Source: Nymphaea colorata (taxonomy: Eukaryota). From it: a stretch of DNA of 64,000 bases. Below the pieces are notes generated by a model, which was not told where the DNA came from, searched no databases, and saw only the letters and a program-made list of their open reading frames with translations. Position numbers and translations under genes: made by a program. The DNA lies in assembly GCF_008831285.2 (NCBI RefSeq), contig NC_045138.2, positions 33,852,001-33,916,000 of the forward strand, written 5' to 3'. Positions within the stretch are counted from its first letter, which is position 1. Every line of letters begins with the position of its first letter. Below, one piece after another: positions 38,109 through 51,215 of this stretch.

Positions 38109-39845
38109 TTAGCACCACGCCGATGCAGAAACCAAATTCCTGCTCTTCCAGCCAAGAAGAAGCGCTTCATCTTTCTCCAAGAGGGTGTAATGCTCTGAGT
38201 AGGATCTAAGTAAGGCCCTTATGACAGAGTTTACGTAGGAACTCAGAGGATGAGGCCTGAATCCAGCCATGCTCAGCCTGGACCTCCACTTGCCCAGCAG
38301 CTCATGTCTCTCCACCCGTTCCTTCCCTTCACATGCTATGATGTTAACAATGTCGCGCGCTAAGCAGTGCTGTTCGACATGAATTCTGTCCTTGTTGTTC
38401 CTTGGCATTGTTACATCAATCGACTCAAACATAGCAGAATAGTAATCCAGAGTTTCCATGAACCTTGCAAAGAATGGAGCAGTGTTGGTATTTGACTCCT
38501 GTTCAACAAGAGTTGTCACCTTGGGGGAGAGAGATTTGACCATTCTCAATAGCCCATCACGGGGGTTGTTCACATCCACACTCTCATCAGGCGTGTGATG
38601 AAGCTGGAAAGTGAAGTTGACAGCAAGTGCTTCACCTGGCTGGATATTCAGCATCTCGGGCCTAATATCTGAGCTGAACTCAGGCACTGGGTGGAAGACC
38701 ACCGGAATCTTAAACTTCTCTGAAATAGCTGCAAGTCTCCTTCCCACGGCTTCCAGACCTTCACCACGTGCATACTTTGACATAGGGTCATCAATCCCAG
38801 TTATCCTAACATGTGGTGGACCAGACGGTCTTGCAGCTAGTGCCTGTAAAAGGGTGATCCATTGAGTTCCTTGTGCAATCTGGAAATCAATTATATGAAC
38901 TCGGTCCTCATCTCTGAATGCTTCAGCTATGGCACCATTGGCAGCCATGTATCCAAACTTGAGGTAGGGGCATATTTCGTAAAGGATATGCATGTATGAC
39001 AGTAGGTCTTTGCTCTCTGGCTCTTTACATCTTAACGCTCTGTAAATGTTGGAACCAGAAGCCTCTTTACGAGCAACTAAACCCTCTATCATGTAAGCAC
39101 CCAACCGCTGAATTGGGTCCCCACTGATAGAAACAGCAGTTCTCGCCTTTGCTATCAGCCTGTCAAACTGAACTTCATTGTTCTGCCAGAGAGCATCTGC
39201 ACATTGCATTAACAGTTGTTTCACATTTCCCTGTGGGGCTTCCTGCAAATACACATTTTGTAATGCATTTAGCTGCTGGGTCATTTGATCTGTTCTCCTG
39301 CACTTAGTACCAGTGCATACATCTTGCTCAACCTTCGGTAAGCTATATGCAAACTTTCCACTCCACTCCCTTGTTCGCTTTGAACTCTCTGGGCCCTTGT
39401 TTGCATCAGGAACAGCACTTTGATCATCCACTTCTTCACGATCGGGACCCATCAGAGCAGTCTCTAGTTGCTGGAGCTTGTCCCTCATGCTTAAACCATA
39501 ACCTATACCAGCATCACGCGAGAATGAACTCCCTCCAGAATGGATCTGAAAATTCCTTTGGGTATTTGTTGATCTCTGAAAACTATCTATCTCCAACGCC
39601 GACTTATATGAAGGGCTAATCACAGAAAAATTCTCAGGGGTACTGTACTGCTCCTGGCTGTTGCTCAAACCAGAAAGGCTGTCACCATCAAACGGTGATG
39701 AAAGAGGTGAGTCAGGTGAATTTCCAAAGCTGACTTTCAAAGAACCATACGTCCACTTTGGGAAAGAGGAAGAGCTGGAAGAAGCAAGTGCATGTCTTGT
39801 GTCAGAAACAGGCAAACTGTATCTGAAAAGATTATCTGAGTCCAT
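38109..39845 (-). CDS. GRAS transcription factor, PAT1 subfamily (CIGR1-like), about 578 aa, single coding exon
   Basis: VHIIDFQIAQGTQW, PFYRE-type region and terminal SASAW; N-terminal SPDSPLSSPF motif as in CIGR1-type proteins. Likely start MDSDNLF at 39845 (in-frame ATG also at 39872). 5'UTR intron at about 42607-39992 (CAG|GTGAGA...CTGCAG). Confidence 0.95.
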   Translation of the reverse strand: MDSDNLFRYSLPVSDTRHALASSSSSSFPKWTYGSLKVSFGNSPDSPLSSPFDGDSLSGLSNSQEQYSTPENFSVISPSYKSALEIDSFQRSTNTQRNFQIHSGGSSFSRDAGIGYGLSMRDKLQQLETALMGPDREEVDDQSAVPDANKGPESSKRTREWSGKFAYSLPKVEQDVCTGTKCRRTDQMTQQLNALQNVYLQEAPQGNVKQLLMQCADALWQNNEVQFDRLIAKARTAVSISGDPIQRLGAYMIEGLVARKEASGSNIYRALRCKEPESKDLLSYMHILYEICPYLKFGYMAANGAIAEAFRDEDRVHIIDFQIAQGTQWITLLQALAARPSGPPHVRITGIDDPMSKYARGEGLEAVGRRLAAISEKFKIPVVFHPVPEFSSDIRPEMLNIQPGEALAVNFTFQLHHTPDESVDVNNPRDGLLRMVKSLSPKVTTLVEQESNTNTAPFFARFMETLDYYSAMFESIDVTMPRNNKDRIHVEQHCLARDIVNIIACEGKERVERHELLGKWRSRLSMAGFRPHPLSSYVNSVIRALLRSYSEHYTLLEKDEALLLGWKSRNLVSASAWC

Positions 39846-42789
39846 GCTAATTAGAAAACATGGATCATTCATGCACAAAAATTGCTCATTTGAAAATGTA
39901 TCTCCAGAATATCAGCGAAAGGTTTTCAGTTCAATTGTCATTCAGAACTCCAGGTCTCTTGCCAACGGATTGATGCCTATGATATCAGCTACTGCAGATC
40001 AAAAAGATGCACATTAAGATGGGAAACTACAAGGAACCCATAAATAGATGCAATGTAAAATACATGTTAGCGGTTTTTAAAGAAAGCAAATGCATACAAG
40101 AAGAAGCATATTTTTTTGGTGAAACATACAAACTGAGGGTGCTTACATAAAGATGGCCGACCTTGTATCACTGATTCCACTAAAGAACCTAATTAAACCC
40201 ATCTAGAATGAAATTTTATTGAACCAACATCAGTCTTCTGAAATATCATCCTATGATTGCAGTAACTGCGAAATGAAGTTGTTTTTACAATATTCTGCAA
40301 CAGAAAAATTTTCGTAGCATCTATGCATGTGTGATGTTCAAGGTGGAATCTTCAGAATCAATCTTATGTACAAAATATTCAGATATGTCACCCTCAAAAT
40401 GAAGATACTATAACAGGCCTAAGATATAAACATAATAGCCATGTCTTCCAATTTCATTCCTTGCCATCATCATCATAAAACCTATTGTCAACATTAAAAC
40501 ATATTTTTTCATATTCCACACAAGCAAGAGATCACAGCAACCGCAACTGGATAAAATTAAGCTGAAGATGAATGTGGACTCTATAGTTCACTGAATCACT
40601 AATATCTCTGGCAGGCACAAAACAATTTGATTTATACAAAATTACAGAAACTCTCTTTCTCTCTCTCCCCTTTCCCTCCCCTGAAATGACCGACTTGTTG
40701 ATATCAAAAAACCAATTGAGGGGATCATGCTGTTTTGTGTCAGGAACTACAGAAGCCAAAGACAGGATTCACGAGGATCCCAGTTGTTTTTTAGTATTCA
40801 AGCAGCTTAGTGGATCTACTAGCTGAGTCGCTCAAGCCATTTACTTTGATTAGGTTATCTATGACAACGTGTAGGAAGCCTGTTCAAACTGATGACAGGA
40901 GCAATTCATTATGGTCACTGAAGATTTGACTTGTGAGATCACATATCGTAAGATGTGAGAAACCTGTTTGAACTTCATCAGCAATCATGTCTCGCTTCCA
41001 TCAGCTTAAACAGGTTTCCGATGCACCACCAGGGACAACCTAGTTGAATCCAACAAAGCTGCTGGAATTCACGACTGAGGCTAGGTAGAACCAGTTTCAT
41101 CTACCATACGCTAAGATGACTCTGGAGTGCCTTTAAGAAAACAGAACACATAATTTACACGGCTATATTTCTAAAAGGGTATCTAATGGTGACCACTAGA
41201 ATGAAACAATTAGATCAAGAGCTAAAAAATGAGCATCAGAAGCTCTAGTTACAAAGATCCTTATGCACAGGGAGGCGATGAAGCAGCAAAACTCTGCATG
41301 TACGAGGTTAATAATAAAAATCATAATAATTATCATAACAATAATATCATGATGCTGAAGGTGGCAGTGATGGCGGCCACTTGTGACAGTGGACTCCTGG
41401 TAGCAGTGGCGGCCAATTATGACGTGACTATTTAATTCCTGATTCACTCCATTATATCAACTATATAAATGAACAGAGTTACTAACAGCAACAGCAAAAA
41501 CAACATTTATGATAATAAAGTTCGCACCGGAACGGCCCCAAAAAAATGATAACAGAGCCATCACACACGATGCAAAATAAGAATGAAAGAAGAGGAGTGT
41601 GAAAGAGCCAAAAATCGAACGTTGGAATTCCGCAAGCTGCAGAAAAACCACTACTGCGAAGAGATCAAAGGGAAAAGATGGAAAAAGAGGAAACAAAGCT
41701 CCACTTTTTAAAGAATGATGCATAATACAAAACCTTCATCTAGAGTCTTCAACAAAAAGATGACGAGAATAAGAAAGACGACGACGATTATTATTTCTAT
41801 TGTTACGGTTAATTTAATACTAAAATTACTGTGCTTCTTGCTTCTATAGTTTCTTACCACCCCATTTGATTCCAAGAGCATCTACTCATCTCTTTAATAA
41901 AGGAACAGCTGAATAATAAAATACTAAAAGAAAGAATAAAGGAGTAAAGGACCGTTGAAAGGAAAAGAAGCAACAATTAGAGTAGCACCTAGTTTATCCC
42001 AAGGGCATCTATTAAATTGATCAGACAAACCTAGAGAATAATCGCAATAGCGCAACGTTAGGGGATCAAAAGAAAAGTAGAAAGGCCCCTAGATTTTCAA
42101 ACTATAAGAACGACTAAAACTGGAAAATGTAACTAAAGGCAAACGAAGAAAAATAAAGGAGTCCATTGCTACCAATATGCTGTAAAATGCAAAGTCCTGA
42201 ACTCCGCCCCTCCAAAAAAAAGAAGAAAAAAGAGCAGCCCTTTTACGAAAGAAAAGAAACCAACCTCTGTAAGAACCCCGATTTTCAAACAAGCACCACA
42301 AGAGAAGAAAGAGAAAAAAAAGTAGAAACTATTCCTCTTCGTTAAGAAATGAAGAGACCTGAGCTCTGAAGAGAAGGTCGAATTACCATCTTCCCTCACA
42401 TCGAAAGCAGGCAACAAGAGAGAAAACAGAGAGAAGAAGAACACCCAGAAAACTAGCACAAAAAAGCGAGCGAGAAAGAGAGAGAGAGGCAGGAAATCAA
42501 AGAAAAACTACAAAAAAAAAAAAAAAAATCCACCAAAAACTTGAAACTGATGGACGTCAAATCCACCAACAACAAGGAAGACTGTTGAGTGCTTGGACGT
42601 TTCTCACCTGAAATTGCCGACTCCTTCTTCTCCTCCCTGTTCTTCCTCTTCTTCTTAGTACATCTTTTTTGTCCAGTTTCCTTTCTCCTTTTCGGTGTTT
42701 CCCTTCCCTCCCCTTTTCTCTGTGCCTTTTTCTTAATTTCTCTTTTCTTCTTCGGGAAGAATCGAAGGCATGGAAGAGGGAAGTTGGCT

Positions 42790-43000
42790 TGCTTATATCG
42801 ATACCGACGTGGACGGGGCAAACTAACGGCGTCCCTGTAGAGAGACGTCGACATGAGACAGAGAGGGATGAGTCAGACCGCGTCATTTGACGGTACGGTC
42901 CAAGCGGGGGGAGGAATGACGGCGCCCGCCAAACTACACGCGCGCCAGGATTCTCACTGCAAGAACCGTATCGGATTTTCCCAGATCCGACCTGACGTAG
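42790..43000 (-). promoter_or_regulatory. GRAS promoter with clustered TGACG and CGCG motifs
   Basis: CCGCGT at 42878; CGTCA 42881 / TGACG 42888; TGACG at about 42917 and 42992; TGAGTCA at 42869; ACGCGCG at about 42938; TATAAG on the minus strand at about 42797. Confidence 0.5.
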
Positions 43001-43789
43001 AGTGTGGGAGGTCGGTGAAGGGGACGTAATCCGTTCCGTTTCCAATCTGAAGCAAATCTACCTCTCTCAACCCGATATTTACATTTGATCAGATTTAAAT
43101 CCGCTTTATTTATGAAACTGTTTTATTTGGCAAACAAGTCTATTTGAATTCGAATGTCCAATTCGGAGTTCCGTTCTTTTGACAATGTCCACCACCCAAC
43201 TAGCTTGGTGGGTCTGGATATCCAGAAAATTAGACTAAAGTTGTCAAACCAGAATCATAACTGAAGGGCGATACATCGATTGATCATACTCACTCAGCAG
43301 TGGATCTGATCCATTTCCTGGATTGCAACCCCGAGGAATAGTGTTTTGGTATAGTCGCCGAGCGAGACTAGTGCTCAAATTAAAAGCCCTACAACGTTTG
43401 GACCAGGATACCGAATTTGACTTAAGGTTTGAGATCCATTTAAAATTGCGGTAAAGCAGGCATTTCCGGAAGGGGGGGCTGGCGCCCTCCTTCTCCGTCA
43501 ACAGCTGAAGCAGAAGTCCGTTTGAATGGCAATATCCACGTGCAAAGAGACTGGGACAATAATAAAAGAAAACCAAAACAATTGCTTCCTCACACGCATA
43601 CTTGAATTTTGATTTGTATTTTTAAAATGGGTTGAACGTAGAATTTTGACCAAATAGAATATCACTTTCACTACCAATCACATTTAATGAGAAGAGGTCA
43701 AGCCCTTCTCCTTCTTCTCCTACTGTATGTATCAATGCTTCATGATTGGGGATTTAATTTTTGTTGATGCCCACAAGAAGAATCAAATT

Positions 43790-44251
43790 CAAGAATATCA
43801 TTATATCATATTCGGATATACCCTTAATCATGTTTACATTTTTTTGGATATTCACATATTGAAATTTGAATTTGAATTCAAATGCGGCTAAAGAAAAAAA
43901 AAAAAAAAAAGAAAGTCTTATTTGAATCTGAATTTGAATCTAAAATCTGATTTGACAATCTGAATCGAATCTAAATTCAATTTTTACATTTATACCTGAA
44001 TCGGAACAAAAAGTTTGAACAAAAAATTTGGTTGGTTTTACAAATATAAGAGTATTGGATATAGGATATTCATTGAAAACTAAATTCAATCCAAATCTAA
44101 ATCTGAATCCAATCATATGTCATTTCTTAGATTCAAATATGATCCAATGTCTTCATCAATTGTCAATTTTTTTTTTCCATAGCTGATTTTTTTTTTTTTG
44201 AAATTGTTCAATTGGATATCCAATCCAAATTGAATATATTGATATTTGTAA
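43790..44251. mobile_element. Degenerate AT-rich hAT-like MITE
   Basis: Internal repeats (aatctgaatcc, ggatat, ttcggatatac) shared with 48236-48571 and 55450-55590; degenerate ends. Confidence 0.5.
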
Positions 44252-45119
44252 TCGAACTGACCATCGAATTTTCAGCAGCCTACCAGTTCAACCAACTGGG
44301 CTATACACATATAGTCATTGGGACTTAAGTCACACGTAATGAAGGAAAAAAGAAGAGATAGATATGTTAAAATTGTATATATTCTATAATGACATGTTAA
44401 AGTCGGGAACTTGCAAAATCTCCAATTGCATACTCGTTAAAACACCTTCAAGTTAAAGAAACAAATACACAAAACATGCATTTCAAATACTTAAACAGTC
44501 TCCGCCAAACGGTAGTCGCTTTGATACGTTTTGAAAATGCCATGCACCGAAAGACGGTGAACCATTGTTTTCCTCTTTCAATTTGCACCATCGCTTCCTT
44601 TTGATTTTGTATTTTCACATATTTTGGTTACCACTTGTCAGAATGAGTTCCAGGAACATGCACGTGCCAGTTCAAAATTTTTCACAAACACAACGCAAGT
44701 TTGTTTTATGATATGGGCAGCCGCAGGACTAGTGAAATGTCTTCAAGTTCCCATTCTTTTCTGGATAAACACGGATAAAATAAGAAGGAGATATTTTTGG
44801 TCCGACTCCGGAGTCCATGATGAAGGCAGCGTGACGAATTTGGCCAAAAGAGTTTTCAATTTGACACGCCGTGTTTGACTTGGGCTTTGACCTCTGCGAT
44901 CTCGAGGGGACAGAGACGGCTCGGATTCGTTCCGACTTGCTGGATGGGAACGGATCTGGACCGCTCGTTCTTTACGCGTGTTTCGTGTCGTGGAAGAGTC
45001 CGGTGAGTGGGCGGTGGCCACGAGCCGAAAAGCAAAAACTTGGGTCCACGTGGATAAGACCGTAGCCGTCCTTTATCTCAAACTGAAACGATGGATGGGG
45101 TTTTGCGGCTCGATCACAA

Positions 45120-45381
45120 GTTGGTGGGTTCGGGTTATTCGACATCCAAAAATCGGCTTAGCCAGACTAAAAAATAAATAAAATTCGAGTTCGGTTTGAT
45201 TAAATTTTAAAATATATGTTTTAATATCAAATAATAAAAATATTATAAGTATATATACAAAATTAATAACTAATTATCGGACCTAAATCAACTTTATCGG
45301 GCTGGCCTAAGTCCCTTTTATTCAGGCTCAAGTCAATCAAGTACCAAGTACACGGCAGCGGCCCGACCTGGTGCCCAGTTT
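45120..45381. mobile_element. MITE remnant related to 26992-27271
   Basis: GC-rich ends (ggcccgacctggtgcccag) and an AT-rich core with attatcgg motifs. Confidence 0.45.
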
Positions 45382-47566
45382 TGAGAAGATCATTTGACTA
45401 ATTTGGTGCGATAAAGCAAATATCTGATTAGTAATGGAATTTGGACTGCTCGAAAAAACTTTGTCTGTGCATGTAAATTATATCTCTATTTCACTCGCCA
45501 AAGCCCAACGGAAAATCAAGTAGACCACCACCCTTACCTTTATCAAACAATAGAAGGGTATGTTAATATTAAGAAGATCATATAATGTATATATTTACAT
45601 ATATATGTAGATAAAAAATGTACACCAAAACTAAGCAAATGGTTCTTTCTTAATCATCAGATTATGGACGTCATACAATCGCAATATTTTTCTCATTGTG
45701 GCTGCTCTCGTTTGACAATTCTACTTGTTTTTTTTAACATCATATATTCACAATAAATTCCACAAGATTTTGAAGATACTGCCAAGATTGTTCCCTATAG
45801 ACTCTAAATCTCATTAGTTCGATGTAGAGGGACGGCTACATTTATATGTCTACCAAATCCAATACTGCAAAGATTATATTTCATAAATGATAAATGGAAG
45901 AAGCGCAATTTATCGTTTGTCCCTTCCAGCCGCTATCTATATCTATATAACACTTAACATTGGGTCGACAGAGATCAGGTTGACAAGAAGTCAGGTATTT
46001 AATGCCGTAAGGTTGAAGATGGGGCTTAGTTTCCGAAAAATAAAATACGGGTATGTATTAATGCATCTCTGCTGGGGAACACGGATTTTGAAAGAGTTCT
46101 GTCCGCAGGGTTTTCTCTTACCCATGTGCACACGCAAGCAGAGGCTGGAGACTTAATTGACATTCAGGAACAAATATGATATTATTCTTATTTCATTTGA
46201 ACTGAACTGGTGAAATACTACTATTAGAGCCAAGTATTTCGTTGCCCACGGTTTTACTGGATCCGCTCTCACTCGCGACGATACTCCAAGTTTGGAACTA
46301 CTGGACGTCCTTGGGTGCACAAAAAGACATCATTTCATAAAAGCACTAACGTGGAAAAGTTGCGAGCTTTTGGTGTTGATATGGTTCGCATCTTTCAAAT
46401 TGAATAATAACAATAATTTTTTTTTTTTATAAAAAAGATAAGCATCTAACAATTCAAGACATGCACGCTCCTAATCTTTTTCGAAGCAAACTTAAAGCCA
46501 AGTAACTGCAAAACCTCGCTGATTATTGTTATTGTCAAGAAATCGTGCTTAATTAACTTATCTGAAATTACCCAAGTGAATTGTAATTAATAACTTTGAC
46601 ATCCACTAAGTAACAGCTTATAGTAGGTGTGCTTTCTTACCATTATACAAAATTTGAATATGAATTTATTCACACAAGTGGAGAATCTCTTTCACTGCCT
46701 CTCTCTAGTGAGCGAACAAACATCACTTTTCAACCTTCACAATTACAACACCCCATGTCGGCAAGCTCACGTGGAAATGTGAGGTCCAAGAGTAAAGAAT
46801 CCGGGAAAGTAAGTCTAGCCAAGTGGGCCAACGTCTATTTGGTTCTATCGAGTTGACTGAGATGGGTAGGAATGGGCATAGCCGCGTAACAAATGAGTCA
46901 GATTTGCTATAGCTAGGCAACTTATGCTTTTTACTTAGATTTGATTTTGGATGGACTTGTATTTGTAGTTGGGATGCTGAAATGTATTTGCATTTCGTTT
47001 TCTGTCCACAGTTTTAAACTCCTAAATGGGGTCCCAACGAGCGATATCATATCAAACTCCAAACACTGTGAAACGACGACTCTTGAATAAAGTTAGAAAA
47101 GAAGGAACCATTATTGTAGTCATTCGTTTGTTTGTTAGTGGGTGCTTAATAGCAAGTTGTAAAAATCATATAATTTGGGTGACCCACATTGCTGAGTATG
47201 TGATCAAAGCAAGGGTCGTTAGTCATTCGTTCATGCGTATGTCGCCCTCCAATCTCATAAGTAAATCAGATTTAGGTCTCTCAAGAATATGTAAAGACAA
47301 ATGTTGGCAAGTGCTACTGCCCAAGACTTTTACAAGTTGTTTCTAATTGGTTTAGATGCCAGGTCACTCTGTTGCTTAGCAAGCCCAACTGGGCCCATGC
47401 TCCTGCAGGTCACCTGTGTTTGGCACCATGTGCGGCGAAATTCGAGTTCCTTTTGAAACAAATGTGTTTGAATTAATACAAGCGCTTTCTAAATGCTAAA
47501 TCGTTACATGTAGCACTTTATAAACAGAATATTTTCATATTCATGCAATTTATATATTTTGAAAAC

Positions 47567-47656
<90 letters not shown>

Positions 47657-47685
47657 GTATGAGAAAGAAAGAGAGAGAGAGAGGG
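47567..47685. repeat. Compound microsatellite (CA)n(TA)n...(GA)n
   Basis: About 70-bp TA run at about 47585-47653 flanked by CA and GA runs. Confidence 0.95.
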
Positions 47686-48169
47686 ATAGGTTGATTTGCT
47701 TTAAAGTCAAAGTAAACACAGTCAAGTGGGTCTGTGAGATGGGGCAGATGTGTGGTCAGAAGAGGTTTAGAGATGTCAATAAAAGAGGTGACATGAGAAG
47801 AAGAACGTGTTAGTTTGACTTTCCGAATGGGAACGAGCAGAGTTTGCCAGAACAGGGTTGAATTTGTAGCAAAGTCTGACCGACCGAGATTCAACCAAAT
47901 TTTGGCGTCCACATTGAAGAATATTTTTCTCTTTGTCTTTTGCTCTATAACCGGACAATACTACGTTTTCATTCATCTCCCCCTGATTTCTCGGTGTTGT
48001 CTGGCTAACCGGCACCAGACGTGAACAACGCCTTCTACCGTGTTCGTCTACTTTTATGATTTGCGGAGCTTCAAATACATGCACACATACAGAGATTGAT
48101 GACTCATGTATACATGTAAGAGATTGTACATATGTAAGAGATTGGTGATATATATATATATATATATTG

Positions 48170-48204
<35 letters not shown>

Positions 48205-48235
48205 AATGTTGTTGTAGTTATTAGCTAGATGCAAC

Positions 48236-48571
48236 TGTGGATGTTAATATATCTAATTTGAATCGGATATTTGATCAAACCGATGCGAATAAATCGGATA
48301 TAAAAAAAATTAATATCTGATTAAGAAATCATATCGGATTCGGATTTAATAAATGACATCCGATCAGATTCGGATTCAAATATACATAAATATTCGATCA
48401 GATTCAGATACATATTTGGATCAAAATCTGGTTCAAAATTCAGATTTGGATATAAATATAAAAATCAGATTTCGGTTATGACTTTTTTTTATTTGAATTT
48501 GAATTTGAATTTGAATATATGAATATCTAAAAAAGAAGATATGATTCAAATCCAATCCATTGATATCTCTA
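48236..48571. mobile_element. hAT/Ac-like MITE
   Basis: Degenerate TIRs tgtggatgttaat / attgatatctcta (family TAGGGATGTCAA); 8-bp TSD gatgcaac / aatgcaac (1 mismatch); internal tcggat/gattc repeats. Confidence 0.7.
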
Positions 48572-49740
48572 AATGCAACCAATTACTGGTTCAAATCTCA
48601 AAGGCATTCATCCAACCTTTACCTAAGCCAACACATGTTTGGACTAGCAAGTTAGGAAATGGCCTTGGGGTTTTACATTTGAAAGCAAGTAGACGATAAA
48701 TCTCTAATCCATGTCGTTTCATCTAATTTAAATTTAAAAGAGAAAAAAGGAGAAACATGGGCAGAAAGAGTTAGAGCTAAAAGACCCCCTTTCCCAGTGT
48801 CCACAGATTGATTTTTTTCACTATTAGTTATAATCAAAACAGCACTTTGACATGTTGTTACTAAAAGAAGCATCATATTACTTAGTAATTGAGAGAAAAG
48901 ACTTGACCGCTTTCAGCTTGAAGGTCTTCCCTTTGAGTCTACGTCTTCATTGAATAAATCACGGGCGACGTCCTCGATGTCCATAGTCAGACCACGTTAG
49001 GTTCATGCTCTCAGCAGCTGCGACCCAGACAAACGAACGAAGTGATTTGCATGTTTGAAAACCTAGTGGAAGTGGCAAATCGGAACTCGGGCACAGTGGG
49101 TCATACTCATTCATCTCCCTCCCTTCGCAAAGAAACTACGGAGCCTTTATAAAGAACATTGGCGAATAAGTACTACCTTTGTCAGAGACGCAGATCTGTT
49201 CTGTCTGTAGAAACTGAACAGAGAAACCAAACTCGATCGGAAGAAAACAATAAGTACCCTTGAAAGACGCATGTCCAACGCACCCAAGTACAGGCAACAA
49301 GCTCCATATGCATGTTGATTTTCACACTCGATCGGAAGAACATTTATGTATTGGCTGCTGCTTTTCTCTTTTTGTCAAGTTTGAATTGTTCTGATGTACG
49401 TGAGAGACCTTTAATTCGAAAGAGGACAAGATACGTTCATTATTCAGGCGCATATCTCGTTATAAACTTTCCAACAAAACAAAACCAAAGCAGAAGATGG
49501 ATCTCACGCAAACAACAGGCCAAACGCCAGCGCGTCCATCTCGCACCAAGCCACAAATCTTGTCGCCCCTACCCAGACCAAGTTCATTAACAGTATTTTG
49601 GTCATTGACACTCACTCCTGTACATGCACAGCATGTGCACATAACCATCAACCTGCGCCTTCTGGGCACTGAAGGATGAAGGTCATTCTACAGAAACCGA
49701 AGGATGGCCTTTCGTCAACAGAACATTTTATTTGAACATC

Positions 49741-49916
49741 GAAACACCTAAAACAGACAGTTAAGTTGGATAGGGAAAAGTAAATCTCAGTTCTGTACAA
49801 CTGAAAATTGAACAAGTTCTTGATCAATTCTCCCAACCATTTTGTTCAACCTTCAGTCATACAGAACTGAGATTTTGTTTTCGCTATACAACTTACTGGT
49901 TTGCCTTAGACGCTTC
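49741..49916 (-). ncRNA. Candidate hairpin RNA / pre-miRNA-like fold-back (75-nt arms, 26-nt loop)
   Basis: Arms 49741-49815 and 49842-49916 align ungapped at 58/75. Nine of the 17 mismatches become G:U pairs on the minus strand. Transcription is not shown. Confidence 0.4.
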
Positions 49917-50229
49917 AAATTTTTTTTTTTTTTTCAAATGTCTCGTTGGTGAAGAAACTCCCTGCTAAGGAGGTCATCGTTATTCCCTTTACGGGCATAG
50001 AGAAGCAAAGGGTTGCAGCAATTGAGATTATACTACTCGGCGTACTCGCTTTATCTCTGCACTGCATTGAACATGTATACGGTCACACCTCCTCTCAACA
50101 GATGAATTTGTGTTCTTATGGGGTGGTATAATCTTAACCTTGAAAATTGTTATTCGGTCAATCTCATTGCTGATGTCCTGGTTGAAGGTTTGAATCGAGA
50201 TCTCACGACTCCCCAGCATTTTAGCAAAA
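49828..50229 (+). repeat. About 400-bp dispersed repeat, copy 1 (copy 2 at 59326-59742)
   Basis: Collinear blocks: gaactgagatttt, ctatacaactta, gccttaga, gattgcagca/ggttgcagca, ttgagatta, ttgaacatgtata, tcttaaccttgaaaa, aggtttgaat.gagatct and agcattttagcaaa. Confidence 0.9.
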
Positions 50230-51215
50230 TAGTGCTACTTCTGTTTCGGCACTTATAGACTGCTCAGATTAAGAACAAGAAAAATTAAATCAATATTTTA
50301 CACACAATATATTTTGTAATCAACAGATTTAGATGCGATAGACCTTATAATGACTGAGATGGTTTCTCATCCTCTATGAAACATCTCAACTTGCTTATGA
50401 GGGAAAAAGTGTGGTAGAAGAAGTTGCGGCTTCCTTTCAAAGCAAGAATATGCTGCATGGACCAAAGGATGTCTCGATAGGTCCAGCAAACCCTGCAAGT
50501 TCCCTTCCACAAAAGAGGATCGCATTGGTGTCCTAGAGCTAGAGTCTGTGCACCGTCGCTACTCTCACATCTAGATTTTCAATCATTCCCAATTAACAAA
50601 CTGTAAAACATGTCCTAAAACGTAAGCTTTATAGGCAAAATCTTGGGTAATTTTTATAGCAGAAAACTGCTGCTTGCAGTAAAGGACTTAAAAGAAGAAA
50701 GTATAGGTGAAAAGGAAAAATACAAAAAAATAGCATTTCAGGCAATACTATATGTATAAGTAAGAAAGCTCATGTTTCGATGTATCGATAACTTTGTTTA
50801 AAATATTATTGTCGACATCAAATGCTACCACTCAAGTGATCTTGAGAAGATCTATGCCAAATTGAAGGAAAATGACACTCTCAGATATCGAGGCATCCAT
50901 CTAAAATGGCAGCAATACGATCACTACTGCAGTTGTTACTATAGATGATATTTAGAGATACTGTGTTTAATTTTGGTACTGCATGGGTTCTAAGATAAGA
51001 TCTTTTGAGAAGCATCACTAGATTGACGAGGCTGCTTTTCGTTCTAGTGGTGTCAGTTATGTGACACTAAACGAATTAATCTTAATTAAAGTTCTTAATT
51101 TCAATCGCCCTTTTAGTAAACAACTTTTGCTATACACAGCCTTCGCTAAGATGTATATGTGTTTGCAAAGACGTATACTTGAGCTTGAGCAACAACAAGG
51201 AGGGCTGACAGACAC

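Noticed and set aside
40959..41019. 16-bp stem (gaaacctgtttgaact / agcttaaacaggtttc) in the GRAS 5'UTR intron
   Set aside because: Too short for a plant pre-miRNA and has no match to a family I recognise.
42453..43045. Lys/Arg-rich and Phe-rich ORFs of 80-160 aa
   Set aside because: Produced by the purine/pyrimidine-skewed 5'UTR and promoter of the GRAS gene.
47504..48234. ORFs with YIYIYI runs
   Set aside because: Translations of (TA)n microsatellites.
49946..50260. LRR-like or other peptide readings in the duplicated segment
   Set aside because: Reading frames are not preserved between the two copies and contain many stops.
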